Part shown: in pieces, positions 1-6,877 of the stretch
Layout: each line of letters begins with the position of its first letter
Position numbering within the stretch: position 1 is the stretch's first letter
IMG/VR virus record: IMGVR_UViG_2740892258_000005
Length of the DNA stretch: 12,002 bases
Source: a virus
Lineage: Duplodnaviria > Heunggongvirae > Uroviricota > Caudoviricetes
Direction: 5' to 3' (one strand)
The notes under the pieces: model-generated
Database searches by the model: none
Seen by the model: only the letters and a program-made list of their open reading frames with translations
Told to the model about the DNA's origin: nothing
Position numbers and translations under genes: made by a program

Positions 1-665
1 TCGTAATGGACGATGCCGATCTTGAACTGGCAGTCAAAGCCATCGTTGATTCACGCGTCATTAATAGTGGGCAAGTGTGTAACTGTGCAGAACGTGTTTA
101 TGTACAGAAAAGCATTTATGATCAGTTCGTCAATCGGCTGGGGGAAGCGATGCAGGCGGTTCAATTTGGTAACCCCGCTGAACGCAACGACATTGCGATG
201 GGACCGTTGATTAACGCCGCGGCGCTGGAAAGGGTTGAGCAAAAAGTGGCGCGCGCAGTAGAAGAAGGGGCGAGAGTGGCGTTGGGTGGCAAAGCGGTAG
301 AGGGGAAAGGATATTATTATCCGCCGACATTGCTGCTGGATGTTCGCCAGGAAATGTCGATTATGCATGAGGAAACCTTTGGCCCGGTTCTGCCGGTGGT
401 CGCATTTGACACGCTGGAAGAGGCTATCTCAATGGCTAATGACAGTGATTACGGCCTGACCTCATCAATCTATACCCAAAATCTGAACGTCGCGATGAAA
501 GCCATTAAAGGGCTGAAGTTTGGTGAAACTTACATCAACCGTGAAAACTTCGAAGCTATGCAAGGCTTCCACGCTGGATGGCGTAAATCCGGTATTGGCG
601 GCGCAGATGGTAAACATGGCTTGCATGAATATCTGCAGACCCAGGTGGTTTATTTACAGTCGTAA
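1..665 (+). CDS. aldA: Aldehyde (lactaldehyde) dehydrogenase AldA, C-terminal portion; 5' end lies outside the window
   Basis: Frame is open from the window edge to TAA at 663-665. The translation (..SGQVCNCAERVYVQKSIYDQF..EETFGPVLPVVAFDTLEEAISMANDSDYGLTSSIYTQNL..) has the aldehyde dehydrogenase catalytic-Cys region and the EETFGPV motif, and matches my recollection of E. coli AldA ending ..QVVYLQS. Confidence 0.9.
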   Translation, partial: VMDDADLELAVKAIVDSRVINSGQVCNCAERVYVQKSIYDQFVNRLGEAMQAVQFGNPAERNDIAMGPLINAAALERVEQKVARAVEEGARVALGGKAVEGKGYYYPPTLLLDVRQEMSIMHEETFGPVLPVVAFDTLEEAISMANDSDYGLTSSIYTQNLNVAMKAIKGLKFGETYINRENFEAMQGFHAGWRKSGIGGADGKHGLHEYLQTQVVYLQS

Positions 666-675
666 TGAGTGAAAG

Positions 676-699
676 AGGCGGAGGTTTTTTCCTCCGCCT
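676..699. terminator. Intergenic hairpin between the convergent aldA and gapC 3' ends; candidate bidirectional intrinsic terminator
   Basis: aggcggagg (676-684), tttttt loop (685-690), cctccgcct (691-699): a perfect 9-bp GC-rich stem lying between the aldA stop (665) and the gapC stop (707). There is no clean T-tract after the stem on either strand, so this is a weak call. Confidence 0.45.
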
Positions 700-706
700 G
701 TGCGCG

Positions 707-1291
707 TCAGAGTTTAGCGAATTTTTCGAGGGTGCGAATAAGCTGCGTGACGAAGCCATATTCGTTATCGTACCAGGCGACCGTTTTCACCAGTTGTAAA
801 TCGCCCACGGCGGTAATTTCCGTTTGCGTGGCATCAAACACCGAACCGAAATGGCTGCCAATGATATCGGAAGAGACTATTTCTTCATCAGTATAACCAA
901 ATGACTCGTTATTGTTTGTCGCCTTTTTAAGCGCGTTGTTCACCTCTTCGGCAGTCACTTTCTTTCCGAGAATCGACACCAGTTCAGTGACCGAACCTGT
1001 TTTCACCGGCACGCGTTGCGCATGACCTTTCAGTTTGCCGCTCAGTTCCGGGATCACCAGACCAATGGCTTTTGCCGCCCCCGTAGTGTGGGGAATGATA
1101 TTTTCTGCCGCTGCGCGTGAAGCACGTAAATCTTTACCACGTGGGCCATCCACCAGTGACTGGGTGCCGGTATAGGCATGAATGGTTGTCATCGTGCCGA
1201 CTTCTATCCCGAAACTGTGATGCGCCGCGCGATAAATGCACTCTATCTTGTGCGATAAATGGCATCCACGCGGCGTTTCATTATTTGAAAA
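707..1291 (-). pseudogene. gapC: Glyceraldehyde-3-phosphate dehydrogenase (gapC-type) remnant: C-terminal ~60% only, N-terminal part missing
   Basis: The 707..1192 ORF translates to GAPDH C-terminal domain sequence (..[49 protein letters not shown]..). The same frame upstream (1193-1291) still shows weak GAPDH similarity ([14 protein letters not shown]....C aligning to the SNASCTTNC active-site region) and then hits a stop at 1313-1315. There is no Rossmann-fold N-terminal domain and no credible start; homology ends where the invertase gene begins. Confidence 0.8.
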
Positions 1292-1295
1292 AGAA

Positions 1296-1868
1296 TTACA
1301 TTTCAGGTTGCGTTATGACAGTCCCAACAGGGTGATAGCGGTAGATCGTTGACAGTCCAATATCATAGATAATTGCCAGCCGCTTTCTGTCATACCCTTT
1401 CTGGAGCAATCTTGCGATCTGCTCATGCTGCTCCTTCGTCAGTTTCGGGCGACGTCCTCCAACTCTTCCTTGTGCTCGCGCAGCAGCCAGTCCTGCCAGC
1501 GTGCGCTCAACTATCAGTTCACGCTCCATTTCTGCCAGTGCACCCATCATATGAAAAAAGAACCTTCCCATCGGAGTGCTGGTATCGATTGAATCCGTCA
1601 GACTGCGAAAATTGACACCTTTTGCGCGTAGCTCTTCTGTGAGAGCAATGAGGTGTTTCATTCTTCTACCCAACCGATCCAGCTTCCAGACCACCAATGT
1701 ATCCCCTCTTTTAAGGCACTTTAAAGCGCGTTTCAGGCCTGGTCGTTCCGACTTGGTTCCGCTCATTTTGTCCTCAAAAATCTGTTCACATCCTGCGCAC
1801 ATTAATGCATTGCGTTGCAAATCTGTGTTTTGGTCATTTGTTGACACACGTATGTAGCCAATCAGCAT
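1296..1868 (-). CDS. pin: Serine recombinase, DNA invertase of the Hin/Gin/Cin/Pin family
   Basis: 190-aa product from ATG at 1868: [97 protein letters not shown].., near-identical in its motifs to Gin/Pin (catalytic Ser in [10 protein letters not shown]-terminal helix-turn-helix). GGAG-type RBS upstream. The ORF track's 5' extension back to 1982 is read-through of the inverted repeat, not the real N-terminus. Confidence 0.92.
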   Translation of the reverse strand: MLIGYIRVSTNDQNTDLQRNALMCAGCEQIFEDKMSGTKSERPGLKRALKCLKRGDTLVVWKLDRLGRRMKHLIALTEELRAKGVNFRSLTDSIDTSTPMGRFFFHMMGALAEMERELIVERTLAGLAAARAQGRVGGRRPKLTKEQHEQIARLLQKGYDRKRLAIIYDIGLSTIYRYHPVGTVITQPEM

Positions 1869-1922
1869 TAAAAATACTCCCTTTTGAGTGGTTAAAGTAC
1901 TGAGATAATGTGGGGAGGATTT

Positions 1923-1948
1923 GAGAGATAAACGTTGGTTTGGGGGAA
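1923..1948. promoter_or_regulatory. Candidate left crossover site for the invertase (hix/gix-like 26-bp site)
   Basis: Bottom strand reads TTCCCCCAAACC AA CGTTTATCTCTC. The inner half-site plus the AA core is identical to the right site and resembles hix/gix half-sites as I recall them (TTCTTGAAAACC AA.. / TTCCTGTAAACC GA..). The core dinucleotide sits exactly at the outer edge of the inverted repeat. Confidence 0.5.
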
Positions 1949-1990
1949 GGCTCTGCATTGCCTGTTGGTGTACCGGTTCCATGGCCCACC
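1935..1990. repeat. Inverted repeat, left arm (56 bp, 56/56 identical to the reverse complement of 3409-3464)
   Basis: Base-by-base comparison: ttggtttgggggaaggctctgcattgcctgttggtgtaccggttccatggcccacc equals the reverse complement of 3409-3464. A second block, 1988-2046, matches the reverse complement of 3266-3324 perfectly, with a decaying extension to about 2069/3243. Confidence 0.95.
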
Positions 1991-2326
1991 CTCCGTCTTC
2001 CTGATTTACGCGGTGAGTTTATCCGTGGATGGGACGACGGGCGCAAGATTGACGAGGGGCGTAAGTTGCTTTCATGGCAGAAAGGTACACTGGTCGGCGG
2101 TCATGACGATAACGATTCTTCGCTGGATATCTCGTACATGAGTAACGGAAATAATATTGACTATGGCGGCGATAAGGTGTTTGCGGGGAATTACCGTAGC
2201 GATTATTTGTGGTACGCAATTCTGGGTGGAACAAACAGTCGCGCAAAAGCCGAATTAAACGGAGCATTCTTTAACATAACCCGCCCCCGCAATATCGCGT
2301 TTAACTATATCGTGAGGGCGGCGTGA
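1940..2326 (+). CDS. Alternative tail-fiber C-terminal (variable) cassette; no own start or promoter, expressed only after inversion
   Basis: The frame encodes (L)GEGSALPVGVPVPWPT-LRLPDLRGEFIRGWDDGRKIDEGRKLL...NIAFNYIVRAA with TGA at 2324-2326. Its first ~35 residues are shared with the active fiber gene and the C-terminus ends with the same NYIVRA motif as the active copy (..ALNYIVRAV). The listed start at 1940 is a TTG inside the repeat, not a real initiation codon. Confidence 0.75.
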   Translation: MGEGSALPVGVPVPWPTLRLPDLRGEFIRGWDDGRKIDEGRKLLSWQKGTLVGGHDDNDSSLDISYMSNGNNIDYGGDKVFAGNYRSDYLWYAILGGTNSRAKAELNGAFFNITRPRNIAFNYIVRAA

Positions 2327-2332
2327 TACCGT

Positions 2333-2947
2333 TCAGCTGGCAAGTGCCAGTGGCGCTTCCGGCCAGCTGATTTCAGGTGCCGTGCTGATATCCAGTGCGT
2401 TCAGCTCGTCGATATAATCCAGCACGGCGTTCAGTTTTGCCGTTTCTTCTGGTGTCAGACTGCGACCTGCCCGCAGTTTGAGGTTGATAAGATCGACGGA
2501 CGCCATCGCCTGTTTCACCCGTTGCTGGCGTTGCTGTCTGGCAACCTCCAGTTCTGCGGCTCGCTGCCGTTCAGTATCGGTTACCCACGCCTCACCGTTC
2601 CAGGTATCCCATGGCGTGGCCGGCTGTTTTGTGGTGGTGTCCGCCGGGTAATCACCCGGTTGGGTAATCAGAACGGGGTTACCGTTCTCCGTGCTGTATA
2701 CCGTCTCGCCGCGGTGATCAGGCACATGCTCCCACCCGTTCAGCGTGGCAGTCCGACAAACCACGTAACCCGAAATTGCCTCCGGCGGTGCATCGGCGCA
2801 CGAATGTGCCGGAGTACCCACCCCAAGGGCGAGATACTCCACAGAGGATGAGGTGTATTCCCGGGTTTCCTCGTCATAGTGATATACAGTGATATCGCCC
2901 GCTACAGTGGCGATACCGTTTTCATCCAGAACTGCAGTGTTACTCAT
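2333..2947 (-). CDS. tfa: Tail fiber assembly protein (Tfa chaperone, lambda Tfa / Mu U family)
   Basis: 204 aa. WEHVPDHRGETVYSTENG..WNGEAWVTDTERQR and the C-terminal ..LDISTAPEISWPEAPL parallel lambda Tfa (WHLVEDHRGKTVYDV..WNGTAWVKDTEAE...VDTSTAPDIEWPAVP) as I recall it. The start ATG (2947-2945) overlaps the fiber stop TAA (2949-2947) by 1 nt, indicating translational coupling. Confidence 0.9.
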   Translation of the reverse strand: MSNTAVLDENGIATVAGDITVYHYDEETREYTSSSVEYLALGVGTPAHSCADAPPEAISGYVVCRTATLNGWEHVPDHRGETVYSTENGNPVLITQPGDYPADTTTKQPATPWDTWNGEAWVTDTERQRAAELEVARQQRQQRVKQAMASVDLINLKLRAGRSLTPEETAKLNAVLDYIDELNALDISTAPEISWPEAPLALAS

Positions 2948-4278
2948 TAAACTGCCCTCACAATGTAATTAAGTGCAATGCTACGGGGTCTGACAGTGAT
3001 ACCCTTCGCATACCCGCTTCTGATAGAGGTCAGAATAGTAGCCTGCATACCATTGTCTGACATTGCCATGACAGGATCGCTGAATGTTGTCCCGTCCGGC
3101 ATTTTAAAGCTGCCCTCACGAAGGTCTGTAATGGAATCTTCATTGTTGAATCCCATGCCGACTATCCCCGAGGTTCCCGTAGTGTCCTGGTTATAATAAT
3201 CCAGCATTGCTGTTCTTAACAGCGTTGCCCCTTGTGCGGACAGCAACTTACGTCCTGTATCAACTTTGCGCCCGTCGTCCCATCCACGGATAAACTCACC
3301 GCGTAAATCAGGAAGACGGAGGGTCGGGTAGACTCTGGCCAGAACAGGATATTGTTCTTTTGTAAAGGCGCGCCCGTCGCACTTTAACCAGCCTGCTGGC
3401 GGTGTGGCGGTGGGCCATGGAACCGGTACACCAACAGGCAATGCAGAGCCTTCCCCCAAACCAAGGTAATTGAGGACATCTTTTATACTGCCCTTAGCGA
3501 TAATCGCGCGACCAATAGCTGTAAGGGTTGCCAGCGCTGCGCGGTCTGCTCCGGTAAAATAAGGCAACCGATCTGCTGCAGTGGCAAGTCCTGCGAGAGC
3601 AGTGAGCGTGGCATCTGCCGGTTGTTTTCCGTTTGCCAGATCGTATGCAGCCTTGACCGCTTTCGGTGTGGCGGCCAGTATTTCAGACGTGCTGTTGATG
3701 GCACTGCTCAGTTGTACGGTGCCTTTTGCCGTCAGCGAGGCAGCAGGCACTCCCGTTATCTGACTCCACGGGTGAGTGTGGCTGACGGGCGCCTTGCCGG
3801 CTGCAAGGTCGTATGCAGCCTTGACCGCCTTCGGCGTGGCAGCCTCAGTTTCTGATTGACTGTCCGTGGCGCTGCTCAGTTGTACGGTGCCTTTTGCCGT
3901 CAGTGAAGCCGCAGGCACTCCCGTTATCTGACTCCACGGGTGAGTGTGGCTGGCAGGCGCCTTGCCGGCTGCCAGGTCGTATGCAGCCTTGACCGCTTTT
4001 GGTGTGGCGGCCAGCGTTTCAGAGGTGCTGTTGGTGGCACTGCTCAGTTGGGTGAACCCCTTAGCTGTCAGTGTCGCGTCCGGGTGGTTACGGGAACGTA
4101 CGTGTTCAGCCAGTGACTGTGCGGCTTCCTCCGTTTTCTTCTTCAGCCATTTCGTCCTGTTTGCCAGTTGCCGGGGGGCTCGATTTGATATCCCGTCTGC
4201 ACCACCCAGAACCGGATCTGATGTCTCCAGTTGATAGATATTTTCTTCCCACTTTTCTGTTTCATTCAGGTTTCCCAT
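2947..4278 (-). CDS. Side tail fiber protein (Stf-like): constant N-terminal part, three fibre repeats, invertible C-terminal receptor-binding part
   Basis: Long - strand ORF with three tandem ~56-aa repeats (LTAKGTVQLSSATxSxSETxAATPKAVKAAYDLAAGKAPxSHTHPWSQITGVPAAS, the phage tail-fibre repeat type seen in lambda Stf) and a C-terminal PVPWP...GWL..G..F....YP.LA..YP..LPDLRG.FIRG motif. The probable start is ATG at 4278 with a GGAG RBS; the track's start at 4284 is TTG. Confidence 0.88.
   Translation of the reverse strand: MGNLNETEKWEENIYQLETSDPVLGGADGISNRAPRQLANRTKWLKKKTEEAAQSLAEHVRSRNHPDATLTAKGFTQLSSATNSTSETLAATPKAVKAAYDLAAGKAPASHTHPWSQITGVPAASLTAKGTVQLSSATDSQSETEAATPKAVKAAYDLAAGKAPVSHTHPWSQITGVPAASLTAKGTVQLSSAINSTSEILAATPKAVKAAYDLANGKQPADATLTALAGLATAADRLPYFTGADRAALATLTAIGRAIIAKGSIKDVLNYLGLGEGSALPVGVPVPWPTATPPAGWLKCDGRAFTKEQYPVLARVYPTLRLPDLRGEFIRGWDDGRKVDTGRKLLSAQGATLLRTAMLDYYNQDTTGTSGIVGMGFNNEDSITDLREGSFKMPDGTTFSDPVMAMSDNGMQATILTSIRSGYAKGITVRPRSIALNYIVRAV
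3409..3464. repeat. Inverted repeat, right arm (56 bp), inside the fiber gene
   Basis: Reverse complement is identical to 1935-1990. It is separated from the second repeat block (3266-3324) by 84 bp (3325-3408) that has no counterpart in the left arm. Confidence 0.95.
3451..3476. promoter_or_regulatory. Candidate right crossover site for the invertase (hix/gix-like)
   Basis: Top strand reads TTCCCCCAAACC AA GGTAATTGAGGA; compare my recollection of hixL TTCTTGAAAACC AA GGTTTTTGATAA and gix TTCCTGTAAACC GA GGTTTTGGATAA. The AA core at 3463-3464 lies at the repeat boundary. Confidence 0.5.
3610..4077. repeat. Tandem direct repeats, period 168 bp, about 2.8 copies, inside the fiber gene
   Basis: For example ggcactcccgttatctgactccacgggtgagtgtggctg occurs at 3744 and again at 3912. 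The repeats encode the three ~56-aa fibre repeats. Confidence 0.8.
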
Positions 4279-4280
4279 AA

Positions 4281-4859
4281 TCAACTGCTCCCGTGGTTAT
4301 AACTGCCATCATGGATGGCGGTATTGTTATAGCGAATGGCCACAGACTGATACTCCAGGCTGGCCAGATGGCAGCGGGCCGGTGCAAATGCAGCCAGCGT
4401 CTGACGCAGCATCGCGGCCTGATCGTTAGTAATGGGCTGTTTCAGAATAACGCGATAAACTGCCCAGGCGGCTGCATCTCCATGAACAAACAGTCCGTTA
4501 TAGCTGCGATTGCCGTCGTAACTGAGACGACCTGTGCCTTCAATCAGATCCACTTCACCAAAGCCAAAACGGCGGATAACTTCCCGGATTGACCACGGCG
4601 TCCCTTTATACCGGTGCAGTTCGATGGCTGCTTTTATAAGCATGCGGCGAACATCGTCCGATTCCGCCAGCTCCCAGCCATCGCCAGACAGTGAGAACTG
4701 CTCGCCCAGCCATGGCAGCGCGGAACTGTCGACGATATCGACGAGAAAGACCATCAGTACGCTCAGGTCGATGTTATCCAGCCGTCCTGCCAGTCTTCCC
4801 AGCGTCCTGAGACTGATATCACCCTCAAGCGGTGGCGGGAGTTGTAATGGCTCAGTCAT
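4281..4859 (-). CDS. Baseplate/tail protein, P2 gpI-like (Mu gp48-like)
   Basis: ..LPWLGEQFSLSGDGWELAESDDVRRMLIKAAIELHRYKGTPWSIREVIRRFGF.. follows the gpI pattern (LPWLAWAFSVDRW..KGT..AIRRV). The probable start is ATG at 4859 (GGAG upstream) rather than the GTG at 4871. The stop overlaps the fiber start region. Confidence 0.8.
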   Translation of the reverse strand: MTEPLQLPPPLEGDISLRTLGRLAGRLDNIDLSVLMVFLVDIVDSSALPWLGEQFSLSGDGWELAESDDVRRMLIKAAIELHRYKGTPWSIREVIRRFGFGEVDLIEGTGRLSYDGNRSYNGLFVHGDAAAWAVYRVILKQPITNDQAAMLRQTLAAFAPARCHLASLEYQSVAIRYNNTAIHDGSYNHGSS

Positions 4860-5955
4860 CAGACACTCCACTCATGTTAAGTGTGATCGCCGTACAGTTT
4901 GCCCATTCGTTTTCTGCCACCACCCTCAGTGCCGGTGTCACCAGTTCAACCTGGTACACCCCGGAAACGGACAATGCACTGATAATCTGGCTGGGGACAA
5001 TATCACGCCCCAGCGTGGCGGCACGTGATGCCACCCAGTTCTGTATGGCGCTGTTAGCGGCATCTTTTACAGACCTGGCATCCTGATCACGATAGATCGT
5101 AATCCTGGCTTCAATGGTGTAATCCACCTTCACTGGTGTTTTAGCCCGCACTGTATCAGTGAGTGGCCTGACTTTCTCATCAGAGCAGAAACTCTCTACC
5201 AGCGTGAGAACACCGCCGTCCGGCAGACCGGTACTGAGCAGCGGATACAGATCTACGGTCCCGGGAACCGGGGAAAGCACAGCAACATCGACAATGTTGG
5301 GATGGGCCTGCATGGCATGAAAGCGGTATGCGCCACGGCTTCCGGCATTGGTGAATGACTCCGGGGCCAGCCTGATACGCTCCCGGAGCCTGTCATCGTC
5401 TTCCTGTTCTGAACCGCCGGAACTGGCCGTCAGATTGCTCACCAGCAGGTCGACGTTATCAATCTCATCGAGTAACTGACTGACCTGCGCAGGTTGCCAG
5501 CCGTTACCAGCGGTACCGGGTTCGGTACAGGTGGACGTGACATTGACCAGCAGCAATCCGGCCTTCAGTACCACATCTGTATCGGTGGCAAAAATAACGC
5601 TGTCGGAAGCGCTGACGCGGGTGCCTGCCGGGATCAGCACATCAATGGCCAGTGCCTCATCTACGGAGAACTGGAGCGTGGTAGTGGCAGGCTGCGCGGC
5701 AAGACGGTATACACCGACCAGTTCACCGAGGTAATCAATCATCGGCTCACGGGCAAAGGCGACCAGATTCTGCTTTGCTGCCTCCTGTACCGCAACCCTG
5801 ACCAGCATTTCGCGATAGGCCCACAGATCAATCAGCAGACGCTCTGCCTGTGCCGGGTACAGCGTTTTGCCGGTATCCGCTTCATACTTCGCAATCATTT
5901 CTGCCGTGATTTTGTCGGCATCGCGTTCAATAAAATCGGGTTCTGTCAGCGCCAT
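4852..5955 (-). CDS. Baseplate J-like protein (P2 gpJ / Mu gp47 family)
   Basis: 367 aa. The central and C-terminal region (..GSRGAYRFHAMQAHPNIVDVAVLSP.., ..RLAPESFTNAG.., ..LGRDIVPSQIISALSVSGVYQVEL..) is collinear with P2 gpJ as recalled. ATG with GGAG RBS. Overlaps the neighbouring genes by 8-10 nt. Confidence 0.85.
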   Translation of the reverse strand: MALTEPDFIERDADKITAEMIAKYEADTGKTLYPAQAERLLIDLWAYREMLVRVAVQEAAKQNLVAFAREPMIDYLGELVGVYRLAAQPATTTLQFSVDEALAIDVLIPAGTRVSASDSVIFATDTDVVLKAGLLLVNVTSTCTEPGTAGNGWQPAQVSQLLDEIDNVDLLVSNLTASSGGSEQEDDDRLRERIRLAPESFTNAGSRGAYRFHAMQAHPNIVDVAVLSPVPGTVDLYPLLSTGLPDGGVLTLVESFCSDEKVRPLTDTVRAKTPVKVDYTIEARITIYRDQDARSVKDAANSAIQNWVASRAATLGRDIVPSQIISALSVSGVYQVELVTPALRVVAENEWANCTAITLNMSGVSDD

Positions 5956-6293
5956 AGCAGCTCCTGAGTCCGGGTCTGTCCGTCTGAGCCTTTCCAGCTC
6001 ACCCGGAGCGTAAGATGTTCGCCGTCGACGGCGGGTTTAACTGACATAAGCTGGCAGCGGGGCTCCCAGCGCCGGATGGCATCGACGGATTCGCGAACCA
6101 CATGCGGAATGGCCCGGTCGACAGGCCAGTCGATATAAAGGTGCAGATTGCTGCCGAACTCCGGGCGATGCGGGTCGCTGCCGCGGGGAGTCCGCAGGAT
6201 GATTTGGATGGACTGCCGGATATCATCCAGCCCCCTGACGATTTCGCCGGAAGCCTGCAGAGCTGGTTGCCAGAATACTGAGGTCGTTTTCAT
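5946..6293 (-). CDS. Baseplate wedge protein, GPW/gp25 family (P2 gpW-like)
   Basis: 115 aa; SIQIILRTPRGSDPHRPEFGSNLHLYID...AIRRWEPRCQL matches the gpW/gp25 signature (..DILRTPVGSR..RDYGS....WEPRV). Confidence 0.85.
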   Translation of the reverse strand: MKTTSVFWQPALQASGEIVRGLDDIRQSIQIILRTPRGSDPHRPEFGSNLHLYIDWPVDRAIPHVVRESVDAIRRWEPRCQLMSVKPAVDGEHLTLRVSWKGSDGQTRTQELLWR

Positions 6294-6349
6294 GGAGGCA
6301 GTATTGCCCCCGGGAAGTAAGCGCCGATATTAAAGGCGTTTAAGAAGGT

Positions 6350-6877
6350 TCAATGGGAATGGTGATTAGAGTTCTGACCATCGGCAAATATGTCACCCGT
6401 TGCATGGGCGCTTCCGTTGATTTCCAGATCACCGTTGAGTGTCGCGTTGCCGTTGATTGTGGTAACTCCCGTGAGGTCAATGCTTTTCCCTTCCAGTGAG
6501 ATATCGGCGGCAACCTCCACCACGATACGCTCAATACCTCCTCTGACCGTCAGCGTATGGGTCGCGCGGTTATAACTGAACTCCGCGCCATCAGCGTACT
6601 TCGTGCCCCGGACGTTTTTATCACTGAACGGTGGTTTATCGACGTCTGAATACACCGCGCCCAGAATAACACCATCCTCGCCGTTGGCATCGAGCAGCAC
6701 CTCAACCTGCTCCCCCACGTCAGGGAGCCAGTAATCTTTGTTATCCTGGGTATTGCGCTGCAGCACGTTAAGCCAGTTTGTGCGCAGGTTATCGCATTCA
6801 GGCAGACGAACGCGGGCCTGAACCCTGTCGGCATCAACGGCACTGACCGTACCGACCTGACGAGTGACACCAGTCAT
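6350..6877 (-). CDS. Baseplate spike/assembly protein, P2 gpV-like
   Basis: 175 aa. The N-terminal OB-fold-like region ..RVQARVRLPECDNLRTNWLNVLQ...WLPDVGEQVEVL.. parallels P2 gpV (..RCRVQTGG..TDWLQWL...WAPSVGEQVLIL). The start ATG overlaps the upstream gene's stop (ATGA). Confidence 0.85.
   Translation of the reverse strand: MTGVTRQVGTVSAVDADRVQARVRLPECDNLRTNWLNVLQRNTQDNKDYWLPDVGEQVEVLLDANGEDGVILGAVYSDVDKPPFSDKNVRGTKYADGAEFSYNRATHTLTVRGGIERIVVEVAADISLEGKSIDLTGVTTINGNATLNGDLEINGSAHATGDIFADGQNSNHHSH

Larger units (their letters stand above)
1937..3462. mobile_element. Invertible DNA segment (Mu G / P1 C / e14 P-type tail-fiber host-range switch)
   Basis: Bounded by the inverted repeats and candidate crossover cores at 1935-1936 and 3463-3464, next to the invertase gene. 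It contains the 3' variable part of the fiber gene plus tfa on the - strand and a promoterless alternative fiber 3' cassette on the + strand, both fused in frame to the shared repeat-encoded peptide GEGSALPVGVPVPWPT. Confidence 0.75.

Noticed and set aside
13-368. Small ORFs overlapping aldA on both strands (13-210 +, 51-368 -)
   Set aside because: They sit in alternative frames of a clearly conserved aldehyde dehydrogenase coding region.
1869-1982. 5' extension of the invertase ORF (MEPVHQQAMQSLPPNQRL...) back to 1982
   Set aside because: The extension is read-through of the inverted repeat and spacer. Hin/Gin/Pin proteins begin at M-x-IGY(I/V)RVS, which here is the ATG at 1868 with its own RBS.
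2522-2851. 109-aa + strand ORF inside the invertible segment, which could have been a second tfa for the alternative orientation
   Set aside because: It lies wholly antisense to the well-supported tfa gene, is Arg/Cys-rich with no Tfa motifs (no ..STAP.I.WP.. C-terminus), and has no RBS. It is a typical antisense shadow ORF.
3744-3958. 168-bp repeats in the fiber gene as a possible independent repetitive element
   Set aside because: They are in frame and encode the well-known tail-fibre repeat, so they are annotated as part of the fiber CDS rather than a separate element.
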